The translations under genes were made by a program, and so were the position numbers. Below, in pieces: positions 1 through 10,900 of a stretch of DNA of 64,000 nt (position 1 is the first letter of the stretch; each line of letters begins with the position of its first letter). The notes beneath the pieces were generated by a model. It saw nothing but the letters and a program-made list of their open reading frames with translations, did no database searches and was not told the DNA's origin. The DNA is from Paraspadella gotoi (lineage: Eukaryota > Animalia > Chaetognatha): positions 1 through 64,000 of the forward strand of contig CM119263.1 in NCBI GenBank assembly GCA_051294375.1. Reading direction: 5' to 3'.

Positions 1-190
1 AGCGAATCTCAATCACACACTTCCCTACCAGCACACAAAATTTCATTCCAATCCATCCATGCAATCACGAGTAATTGGTGTTTTTTGCTAAGGACGGACG
101 GACGAGACGGACGGACATCAATATTTTTGCATAATTTATCATAATTCGATGTTCTGACATGATATAAGTTACGTGCCCGACAATATTGAG
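1..190. mobile_element. Interspersed repeat with (GGAC)n microsatellite, DINE-1/Helentron-associated-like; related copies at ~27430-27650 and ~48560-48930
   Basis: Shared block AATCACACACTTCCCTAC...AAAATTTCA...GTAATTGG...GGACGGACGGACAT in three loci; the class is assigned only from the microsatellite resemblance. Confidence 0.5.
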
Positions 191-409
191 GGGCGGACCG
201 ACGGACCGACAAAGTGAGTTATAGAGTCGGGATCTGGCTGATAAGCAGATCCGACTAAAATCGTTGCAAGGTTTTTTTTTCATAAAGAACGTTTAAATAC
301 GAACAGAATAAACACCTTTCCGCTAACCGTTTAATAACATAAAAATATTGTTTTTCTTTAATTTCGTTGCGATATCTGTTTTGAGCTAGAAAATAATTTT
401 TTTGTTTAC

Positions 410-790
410 GTACAATGAGTTTTATTAAAAAACAAATTTCGGACATGTTTCGGCGCAAAAAATGAATTGATAATAGATTTGTGAAACAAATATTTTAACA
501 GACTTTGAAGTTTGAAGATAGAGAGAGATTTGTTTCACAAATCCAATTCGCTTTTTGCGCTTATGAAGGCTTACATTGAAGCTGAAACCTGTCAGAAATT
601 TATGTTTCTTAATAAAACTCGTATATAAACAATTCATTTTCTACCTAAAAACATATGACCATTTGACCACTATTTGGAAACTTAGCGCGCGCTCTCTCTC
701 TCTTTCTGTCAAATTAATAATTCGAACTTATGAAGGCTCACAAATAGAGCCGAAACATGTATATACGTTTCTTATTGAAAATAAAAAAAA
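410..790. repeat. Degenerate hammerhead-like / Penelope pLTR-like relics (two direct copies, one inverted partial copy)
   Basis: CTTATGA-AGGCTC-acaaata-GAGCC-GAAACATGTA at 727-761; CTTATGA-AGGCTT-acattg-AAGCT-GAAACCTGTC at 560-593; inverted CCGAAACATGTCC at 441-453. Confidence 0.5.
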
Positions 791-1287
791 TCGTTGTTGT
801 AAAACATTTCAAACGACTCTTCTAAATACCTAAAACATAAAAATAGCGATTAAAATAAATTTAAAACAATTATTATTTATTATAAAATTTTTAAATTTGT
901 ATTATGCGCAAAAAAATGCGTATTACTGCGCAAACTGAGACTCGACGCAAGAGGGAAAATAAAATTAAATGGATTAACAAAGCACCGACCGGTGGTACCT
1001 AAGGTTGGTTGCGGTCGTCGTGGGCAGATCTGGCATATTCTGCTCAAACTTGGTTTTTTTTCCCCCCTTTTTTTTAGATGTTACAAAGATATATCTATTC
1101 TCATAACCAGTAATATTGAGCATATAAAAATTAAGTCATAGTCTACAATTTTACCTTTATTAAAAAACGATACAAGATCAGAGGTTTTGCGAAAATTTAA
1201 CAACTTGAAGTTTACGTTAAACGTACATAATTTTCCGCAAAACTAGTGGACGACATCTCGCATTAGTCATTAATGATAAAACCCCCA

Positions 1288-3447
1288 TCAATCTTGATCT
1301 GCTGCCGTTTGGTTTTTGTTGTCGGATTCAGTTCCCATGACAACGAACTTGAAATTTTTGTGAACGGTGGCGGCGACTTTGTGGCTTCCGAGTTGAGTCT
1401 CCTCTTCTTTCTTAGCGCTGTCTTCTCCTCCAACGACTAAGATGCTATTCTTAGCGAGAAACTTTTCCTCTTTAATCGTGTCTTTCTCGTCATTGTCGGA
1501 TATCTAAACGTTTTTATATTACTTGAATAATGAATATGTTGCTGGCGTTATATTCACACGCCTCACGTCCACCATCCGTCAGCCAAATCCATTGGCTCAG
1601 AGGGGGAACACACCATCCCAGGCGTAGTGTTCCATCCACAGTCCTAACAACTTCCCTCTGCGTTGGCAAAGCGAGACCGTCCTAGGGTAACCGCGCCAGT
1701 GACTGGAGGCGTCACTGAGGGTCGGAAGCCCCCAAAGCCAACAGTGAGATGCCCCATCCAATGGGCATCACAGGCAACCCGGCTGTTGCCAAACTATAAG
1801 CGGTGAGCCCTACTATCGACAGCACGCCAACTTCTCGAGGCCGTACGCTACGACAAAAACGGCCTATGCCCTGCGCGGACTGTCGGGTACGCTCACACAA
1901 GCAACGCCCTCTATGCCCCTGGGGTACGCCTACGACAAAACGCCTATGCCCCCACAACTCGCGCTCTCTCTCTCTTCTCCCACTATGGTAACATCTTGTC
2001 AGACACCTCTCAGCTTGAGGAACCTGAGTGATGTCTTAGCCCGGGCGATTCCTGTGGCGGTATATTCACACTGCCTCACGTCCACCATCCGTCAGCCAAA
2101 TCCATTGGCTCAGAGGGGGAACACACCATCCCAGGCGTAGTGTTCCATCCACAGTCCTAACAAACTTCCCTCTGCGTTGGCAAAGCGAGACCGTCCTAGG
2201 GTAACCGCGGCAGTGACTGGAGGCGTCACTGAGGGGGTCGGAAGCCCCCAAAGCCACAGTGAGATGCCCCATCCAATGGGCATCACAGGCAACCCGGCTG
2301 CTTGCCATTAATGTATTATGTTAAACAAATCGATAAATAAATTCTTGTGGCGATATATCAACAGTCTTACCTCTTCAGCCAATCCCAACGGGTCAGAGGA
2401 GGTATGCACCATCCCAACCGTGCGTTCCTTCCACAGTTAGAACACTTGTCCCTGCGCTGGCACGAGCGAGACCGACCTAAGGTAACCCGGCCAGTGGGAG
2501 GCGGTGCCACTGAGGGTCGGAAGCCCCTAACGCCAACAGCCGACATGCCCCACCCAGCTGTGAATCACAGCCAACCCGGCTCTTTCAATATTCTCATTTT
2601 AAAGAGACCGAGAAGAAAGGGGATAGCCCAACAAGGGGACCAGAAAGGTCTAAGATTTTTCCGTTAGTTGCACTGCTTTTCGGAACTACAGATGGTTTAA
2701 CTAACTGGTGGTTTAACCGGTCGATAATTCAGTTGCAAGGACCGTTTCTACTACGGTTTGAACCCGGGGCCCATTAGTACGGAGACACATACACACATAC
2801 ACTATTACCTACAGCCTTTCCCGACAATCATAGCCGACTCTTTTATATCCAATGAAAAGAGGAAAAACAGAATCGCCAGGATTTCCACAATTAGCCGTAG
2901 CCAGGAAAATTCACCTTTCTTACACCCTCGACACTTTGCTTCTGGGATTCTGCCAGATCGACGATCGTTTGTATGACATTGCTGTTGACTCGTTCGGCGC
3001 CGCCTATTTCCGTGGCGGAAGTCTTGGCGGGACTGACGACTTTCCCTTTGACGCTTCGACTGGGGATCGGCGGTTCTATGAGGCCGACGAGCGAATTGCC
3101 GGCACCGAAGAATTGCTCCTCAACGTCGTCGCCAAAGGGACCGAGAGGATCGTCCACGTCATTCTTGACGATCTTTTCTATGTCAGGCTCTAGGGTGACA
3201 GAGAGAGAGAGACCTTCTGGATAACATCCCACGGAATATTGCTCAGAAAAAAATATTATTATTGAAATAAGGTTACCCGAAAAATCAGCCGTCATTGCCC
3301 AACAGGATGATTTTCAGGAAACGTGGGGAACAAAATATATTAAATTTAAAATATCATTAAAGAGGAAAGATGAAACGAACCTGAAAGACTTTTAGAATAG
3401 ACAGCAGTCACGACGACGAAGAATAGTAATAATAATCCGCATGACAT
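1288..3447 (-). CDS. Small secreted acidic protein of unknown function; 3 exons (~3447-3381, ~3242-2915, 1503-1288)
   Basis: Exon 1 reads MSCGLLLLFFVVVTAVYSKSLS (signal-peptide-like) followed by a GT donor; exon 2 lies in ORF 2891-3295 and ends VRK|GTGAA; exon 3 starts after TTAG in phase 0 (ISDNDEKD...AADQD*). The exon 2 acceptor is approximate. Confidence 0.6.
1662..1742 (+). ncRNA. Twister ribozyme, type P5 permutation (family A, 5' LTR); predicted cleavage 1688/1689
   Basis: P5 GTTGGC/GCCAAC; P2 GCG/CGC; GA-CC-G; short P1 TCCTAGGG; TAA; GCC; P3 AGTGAC/GTCACT; P4 GGG/CCC enclosing TCGGAAGC; pseudoknot CC:GG. Confidence 0.85.
2176..2257 (+). ncRNA. Twister ribozyme type P5 (family A, 3' LTR); predicted cleavage 2202/2203
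   Basis: Same elements as 1662-1742 with small indels and a substitution (GGC for GCC). Confidence 0.8.
2346..2590 (+). mobile_element. Diverged solo LTR related to family A
   Basis: Starts TGTGGCG, ends ...CAATA, TSD TTCT (2342-2345 / 2591-2594); colinear with the family A LTRs. Confidence 0.8.
2456..2537 (+). ncRNA. Twister ribozyme type P5 in the diverged solo LTR (P2 imperfect)
   Basis: GCGA-GA-CC-G-ACCTAAGG-TAA-CCCG-GCC-AGTGG...CCACT-G-AGGG-TCGGAAGC-CCCT; P3 sequence changed while pairing is retained. Confidence 0.7.
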
Positions 3448-4928
3448 ATTAGTAAAAAAATACTGTTACATTATTTATATAATTCGAAAGGCCTGGCTTA
3501 AAAAAAAGTGGCCGACCCAATGTACGGTTATTTTTTATTAGAAAACTTGGTAAAATCGAAAAATACATTGATTTTGTAAAGTGAAAACGATACAAAACCT
3601 TCTTGTAACTCAAACCTTAATTTCTTGCATGTGAATAAAACAATCTCAATCTAACTTTTTATAAACTACCTAATAGTTATAACTCTTTGGCTGACCTAGT
3701 AAAAAAATGAGAGGCAATGTAAGTGACACAATTTTGCGTCAAACTTTATATCCTAAATCATTTTACAAACAAAAATTGTTAGCAGGATATTTATACGCTA
3801 AATGCGTAACCAAATCGCAGTGTAAACATTTCAAATGACTAAAAGAAATTAAACTCATTACATAGATTTAAAATTTCTTAAAGAAAGCTTCTTCGGCCGT
3901 AGCTAAAAGGAAAAGTCAAAGATGTTATGGTTTTCTCCTCTATATGAACGAAGTGTACACAACTTTACATCGTTTAGAGTGAAATGTAAAGTCGAATATT
4001 AAATAACTAACAGGTTGGTTTTAAATCATGGAACAGTACAAAGGCATATAACGTTAAGCATGAATCATACTAGGAAACCAACTTAAATGTACGAACAATT
4101 TCAGACATTCAACTTCATTCAATCATGCTTTGCAATTCACAGCAGAGAACGAAATACATTAAGATAAAAAAATAAACTTATTCTTAATTTCAATTCACCA
4201 TTGTTTTTTCAAAAACCTTATAAATATAATTGGTTTTAAAATGTTAATATCGCGAGTAAACTACACGGCACAACCAAACGTCTTCCCCCATTACACTCCA
4301 AATTCTTAAAATTAACTCTACAATTTTTTTATTAATTAAATTAAAAGCATGGAACTAAAAAAATATAATGTTCATTAAAATATATGTGGGAAATAAATGG
4401 CGGTCGAGTTGTATTTTAAGCTTCTTTTAAAACCTCTAATAATGAGTATTGCGAAAACAGGGCAGTCATCTTCATTCCTGACTTTTTTAAAGCGAAAAAA
4501 CATTCACGTCCAATCGAAAAATCTTTTCATGAGCACTATTTTAAAATAAATCGGTAAACCGTGGCACAGGATCTAATTACATTTGAGATAAAATATCGGC
4601 AGGAAAAATAATATTGATTAACGATTTAAAACAGAGCAAGAGGTTTCTAGTAATAACGTAAAAAGAGAACAATCAACTTTATACTTATATATAATTAAAT
4701 AAATAAAAAAAAGACCCTCAAAAAGAGTTACTAAAAGTTTTTTTAATTTATTGCGCGATTAGCCCTCGATTTTTTTGCAACGCGTCCTCAATCTCTTAAT
4801 GAAAATCGAACGCTGTTGGAGTCGCAAAGCATCCCTAAAGGCTACTAGTCAATCAGACGCTCAAACACATCATACTAAAAACGAAAAAAAGGGGACACAA
4901 CCGCGCGCGCGCGAGAGAGAGAAGATCA

Positions 4929-7900
4929 TCAGTACATGCCATAGGGTCCGCCAGAACCGCTGCCGGCCGAGTTGATGCTGGTCGGGTGAGAGGGGGCAGC
5001 ACCGCCCTGGAGCGGGCCTAAGGGATTGTTGGCGGCGGAGGTGGCGATGGCGGCGGTGGAGGCGGAGAGGGGGCCGCCGCCCGCGGCGGATTGGCTTGCC
5101 TTCCGCAAATTTTCTTTGGGTTTTAAATATTCGTCGTCGCCGAGGGCAAGTGCGTCGACGCGCTCTTCCTTGCGGTACTTGAGGCATTTGCGAATAAAGT
5201 TTTTCGCTTCGGGCGAGACGACTGGTTTGGCGGGGAACGTGACCTCCGTGGCCTTGAGGATGGTGTTCTCCTCCAAGATGGTCGCCTGCGACAGGTTGTG
5301 GCCGAAGGGCTTTTTACCGAACAAGCACTGGTAAAAAATGACGCCGACGCTCCACACGTCGACTTTGGAAGAAATCTTTGGGGGATTTTTGCCGACGACG
5401 AAGCACTCAGGCGGGAGATACCAGTACGTGCCGGCGCCCTGCGACGTTAAGTCCATACCCAGTTCCGGCGTGTAGTTGTCGTCGTCCATGATTTTTGAAA
5501 GACCAAAGTCGGTTATCTTAATCTCGCCGGCGTTGGAGGCTTTGCCCAGCAGAATGTTACCCGGCTTCAAGTCGTAATGAATGACGGGCGGTTTGATTTC
5601 GTTGAGATACTTTAGGGCCGCCACCGTTTGCATTATGATCGAACGGGCTTCCTTCTCGGGAAGAGACTTGTGTTGCTTTAAATGAAAGTCCAAGTCGTTT
5701 CCATCACAGTATTGTAACACAGTACAGAAAGAGTTGTTATCTATCTCGAAGACGTCATACAGCTTCACGATTCTGGCGTGGTCGAGCTGCTTGTGGATGT
5801 TGTACTCTCGTACGGCGTGTTTGATGTAGTTGGCCTTTTTTTCGTCCTTCCAGTCCTTGTTGAGTTGGTGGATCTTGCAGGCCGTGTACCTTTGTTCTTT
5901 GAGGTCGTAAGCCTTGTGAACCTCGCTGAATCCCCCTTTGCCGAGAAGGGTAAGCAACAAGTAGCGATCGTTTAGCGTCGTGTGATCCTTGAAGCGCGAA
6001 TTGTCCTCGTTCTGGATGCGTTTCAACTCGCGAATGTGCAGGTTGCGCTCGCGTTCGAGCTGCTCCAGCTGCAACTGCAGATCAGTGTCCTCTTTTCGCA
6101 AACACATTTGCCGTAATTTTAGAATTTCGTCTTGCTCGTGGTATTCGAGTAGCGTCATCTGGTTGGCTTCAGGTCCGTCTGTAGGGGGTGGCCCCATGTT
6201 ACCCTGAAAAAAATTAGGTCGAATCTGTTACGATAATTGATGTTTGTAAATTTTCTTTTTTATTACTACTTTCATCACGATTCCTCGATTAATCCGGGGT
6301 ATCAAAAAAAAATATTTTATCACGTTTAAAATTTAAAATCTGACCTTGTTTTTGGGCACCCTGTGGTTAATGGGTTTGTCGGCGGGTTTCCTCTTGACGA
6401 GGATTTTTCTGCATTTTTCTATTTCATCTTTTTCACGAGCGATTCGTTCCTGCTGCTTCTGAATCTCTTGGAATGCGTATCCGTCCGTCCAATTCTCTAC
6501 GAAAGTCGCTCCTTGTCGTTGGGTCACAAACTGGGGAACAATAGAGAAAGATGGTTCGAGGAAAAAATAATGAGACAACAGACAACAGACCCTAATGACA
6601 ACTACCGTGGCTGCCAAAAATGTTGGCCAATCGTGGTATTTGATAAATCGGAAATGATTTACCTGTCCGAGTCTGAGCCGATTTTCCATCGTCTTGTGCC
6701 TCGTCTCTTTCTTCTCGAAATTAGACTTTTCTATGAGGAGATCCCGAATCATGGCGATGCACTTGAAGAGTCCTTCCTTCTGCTTATCGATGAGTCTCGT
6801 TTGCGCGGTGATTTGCCGATTGAGCTCCTCGTTCTGCCGCGAGAGTTCGTCGATACGCTGATCCTTTTGGTCGAGGTCGCCGGCGTTGGCGGCGCTTACC
6901 ACCAACTGCTCCATGTTCTCCCGACCGATCTCAGTCTGCGCAGTCTTGGAGGAGAGGACGGGAGCGAGCGTCCCGCCGGGAAGTCTGGGCAACATGGGGT
7001 CGACCAGATGGAACGGGGGACCCATGTGATGAGGGATGGTGTGAGGGTGGTAGTTGCCTTGGGTACGAGTTTGGAGGAAGAATGAGCGTGAGGGGGCGGA
7101 TAAAAAAAAGCTTTTAATAAAAATACGTAAGGCTGAACAGTGAACACGGTTATTTTAGAGCTAATATAACCTTTCGATGACTTTTGCCTTAATCAAAGTC
7201 AAAGGTACAAATATGAATTTTATAATTGCACCTTAAAATTAAAGCTCTATATCTGGCCAGAATGACTTCACCGAAAAACTGCATAATCTACGTCCACAGT
7301 AGAATGTTTTGACATCAAAACAGACTGTGGAAAATTGGGTTTTTCGTGAACTACATGGCCCCTTTTTCTTTACGTGCGTACAATGTAAAAGAGATGTAGA
7401 CCTAGCCTATTTTGGACTTATCTCTAGCTCCAATAAAAATTTAGAGACAGCTCCAAATAATAGTTACTGTTGCTTCTAATGTTACATTTAAATGAATCCT
7501 AATTTTTTTAATGTTTATTAACTTACTCGGCTTTACTCGCTAATAAGTAAAAATAATTTATGAACACGTAACACTTTTTAGAAAATATTTCGTATTTAAA
7601 ACAAGCGAGTTTATAATAGGACAGCAGAAAATGGGTTTTTAGGTCAGAAATCTTTAGCTATAACAATTGTCCGAGCTAAGTGTCTTTCGTTATAAGCTTC
7701 ATGGTGTTCAAACATTTGTTTGAGTACAACAAAGTTTATTAATTATTTACTTTTTTATTGATATGATATTGGATCAAGTATTACCTAAAAAAGTTATCTT
7801 TTTGACTGAATCTAGTTTTAAAAAATATGTTAATAGTTACTTTAACATTTTTATAATTATTATTATTATTATGAATTTGGTACAACCAATATAAAAATTA

Positions 7901-10900
7901 TCCATTCATTTAATAAATAAGCTATCTTGCCCCTGACTTTAGACAGGCTTTGGTGGTTTAAGGCCTACATCACTCTTACAAGATAATAACATAGCAGGTT
8001 TCTGCAAGCTTTCAATCAAGACTCTCTCAGTCTCGTTTATTCACTCCCAGAGTACCTGGCTTCCCTATCAATGAAGTGGTATAATATTTCAAAGAAGGTC
8101 TAAATTGTATGAAAAGACCACCCCCTTAAGTATTAGATCGGGGAATAATATATTGCACTCAGTATTGTACCCAGCATTATTATAAAATTTTGTTATTTCC
8201 AAAATTATTTTTAGAGCAGAAGTGAAACTTTTTTCAGCCCACTCCAGCTCCAGCCGAGATGAAAACTCAGCTCCAGTTAGAAAATATATTCAGCTCCAGC
8301 TCTAGCTCTACATCATTTCAATGTACATATAAATGAATGACCATAGAACTTCAAGGCATTTCATAATACCAACAGAGATACGAAAATAAATGGCTCGGAC
8401 CGTATGTCATCGAAGTACAACTTTCTCAATAAATAAATCTGGCCCCAAAGCTAGAGCCAAACTTTGTCAATGGGGTGGGTAAGAAATTTGATTTGGGAAC
8501 CTTCCCAAATAAAACTTCATACAATTCTGAGAAAACTTTCAATGGACCAAAATTTTCTACAATGGCTAGAAGCACTAGTAATTAGTTTTTTAATATTTCT
8601 TTATAGGACACGATGCAAGTTAACGTGGCGAAACCTACCCATGCAAATTTTTAGCATATTTTTTTATCTGTGAGCCAAACTTAAAGCTTTATATTAATAA
8701 TACTGCACGCGTTTGGTTTTACCAAACCTTTACTTTTACCATAACCCTCACTTATCAACAAAAAAGGAAAATTAATAAAAAGGCAGTTAGAAGCAGACTC
8801 GTGGTGGCAAAAATTTATTTTATAATTTTGAATTTAGAAAATATAAATTTTAGATCAATCAATTTGGAAACTAAATGACGAATTTTTTCCCCCACTTTTT
8901 CAAGATTTGACTTTCTTTTTTTACTGTATTCCTCCTGGGTTGAGGCAAAGAATAAGGAAGACATTTTGAGTTAATTCATGTTATTGTAATCATATATGTA
9001 TATTTTGAAACAGTTCGGACTACAACTTCTATACCATTATGGTGGACTAAAATCCACCAACCGTTCATCAGCGGCCATTGGTGCCGGAGGCAAGTCATTC
9101 GCCTCCCAACCCAAAGGTCCGGGGTTCTAGCCCGGTGGTCGTCTGGCAGTTAAGAGGGACGGGGCGCTTAACCCGCCTGTAACATGGTGTTACAGCCTGA
9201 TCCGAAGCTCAGGGACTGCTTATATTGAACGGTTCTGTCATTAACACTTATCAATAATTACTGTCTCTTCACCATTTTTATTTCTTAAAAAATTAGGAAA
9301 AAAACATTTTAGAAAAACAAATTTTGAGCATTGAGAATTTTAGATCTGAAAATAGAGAACAAATTTTGAATTTTTTAAAAAATCAGCTTTTAACTATTTT
9401 ATTTTGCTATAATCTAAATTTTTTTTTTTGATATCTTTTATTTTAGAGTAGAAATAAAATTCTCAATGAGCATAGGTCAGTTCATTTTTTTTTTAATTTT
9501 AAAAAAAGATTTAATATTTTTTTTATTTAAATTAATATTTATACTTTTATGAATAAAACAAAGCTCATATGAATGTATAAAGATATAGGAGATGAATTGG
9601 AATGGTAAAAGTATAAAAAGTAAGAAGCTTGGAAAAAGCGTAAGTTAAGAATGAAAGATCAAAAAGGAAAACTAGAAATAGATTGATAGAGAGAAAGAAA
9701 AAAAATAAAGAGGGATATTGAATAAGAAAAAGAAAGAGTCATTGTTGTTATTATGTTTATACTTATTATTGTTGTTATTATTATTATATATTTTTATTTT
9801 TTAAAATGAAAAAATAATTAGTTAAAATTTTTTTTTATTTAAATTAATTTTTACCAGAATGATTTTGTCCAAACTTAAGATTAAGCTCAATCAACCTCTT
9901 TTCTGGCCACACACTAAATTTCAGATCAATCCATCAATTTACTAAAGTGTAATGATAGGTTAAAGTTACTGATGGATGGACAAATAAATAAATGTATAGA
10001 AAAAAGGAAGGATTCAATTTTTTTGGATAATTTTTTATAAATCAGTATTCTGAAGAGACAGTAATTATTGTAATGTTAGTGACAGAACCGTTCAATATAA
10101 GCAGTCCCTGAGCTTCGGATCAGGCTGTAACACCGTGTTACAGGCAGGTTAAGCGCCCCGTCCCTCTTAACTGCCAGACGACCACCAGGCTAGAACCCCG
10201 GACCTTTGGGTTGGGAGGCGAATGACTTGCCTCCGGCACCAATGGCCGCTGATGAACGGTTGGTGGATTTTAGTCCACCATAATTCTAAGATAAACCAAG
10301 TAATTTACTAACAAAATATAAGGGGTGGACAGATAAATGGATAAAATGGTTTATAGACTATTATAAAAAAAAAAATATATTAATTTTTTTTATTATCCTA
10401 TATTTTGTTATATCCTAACTACCAAATATTTTTTTGCATTGATTTTTTTTCATATATGAAGAAAACCATGATGTTTCATATAACCTATTCAGAGATAACA
10501 ATTTCAATCACCGATTTTTTTTTTTATGGCTGCATACACTACGCCACGCAAACTTGCATCGTGTCATAGATAGTAAATGTCAAAACTTTTTTTTAAAATT
10601 TTGCATTTTTAAAAGCAGATTCATATATTGTCTACACAAAGTATAATTCTTTGTTTAATATTTTAATGATAAGTAGGTCAAATTTAAGAAAAACCAGAAA
10701 AAATCATCCGATGATTTTAGCAGTTTTTGCTAATTTTCAGTAATAAAACATCAAAAGTTTAAAAAGTTGTAATTGTTTGCTTAACTTTTTGAGTTCTACC
10801 AGAATCAATTTAAAAAACTTAAAATATCCAAAAAAATTTTTTTACATTATATAATGATTTTAATTGGCGAATTACTCATGGTTCGGTACATTTTTAAAAA

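Larger units (their letters stand above)
1540..2310 (+). mobile_element. Non-autonomous LTR retroelement (TRIM-like), family A: LTR 1540-~1793, internal ~1794-2052, LTR 2053-2310
   Basis: Two ~255-bp direct repeats starting TG(C)TGGCG and ending TTGCCA(T)TA; TSD ATGT (1536-1539 / 2311-2314); no coding capacity. Confidence 0.85.
8990..10430. mobile_element. AT-rich interspersed repeat hosting two family C LTR insertions; inverted homolog at ~39310-40165
   Basis: Long reverse-complement matches such as CTCAATGAGCATAGGTCAGTTC and GGCCACACACTAAATTTCAGATCAATCC. Confidence 0.7.

Noticed and set aside
1712-2667. Short ORFs over the LTR elements
   Set aside because: Not conserved in frame between LTR copies; no gag/pol similarity
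6531-6662. Extra hydrophobic segment within TLK ORF 6333-7025
   Set aside because: A 132-nt in-frame GT-AG intron interrupting the conserved RLGQ|FVTQR motif
9038-9271. Family C as a Helentron/DINE-1 element (subterminal inverted repeats plus terminal hairpin) or as a functional tRNA gene
   Set aside because: Consistent 4-bp TSDs and TG..TA ends favour an integrase product; the tRNA anticodon stem is broken
10240-10282. Hammerhead (CTGATGA) or HDV-like (GGCGAATG at ~10216) ribozyme in family C
   Set aside because: No GAAA/stem III partner and no HDV nested pseudoknot could be built
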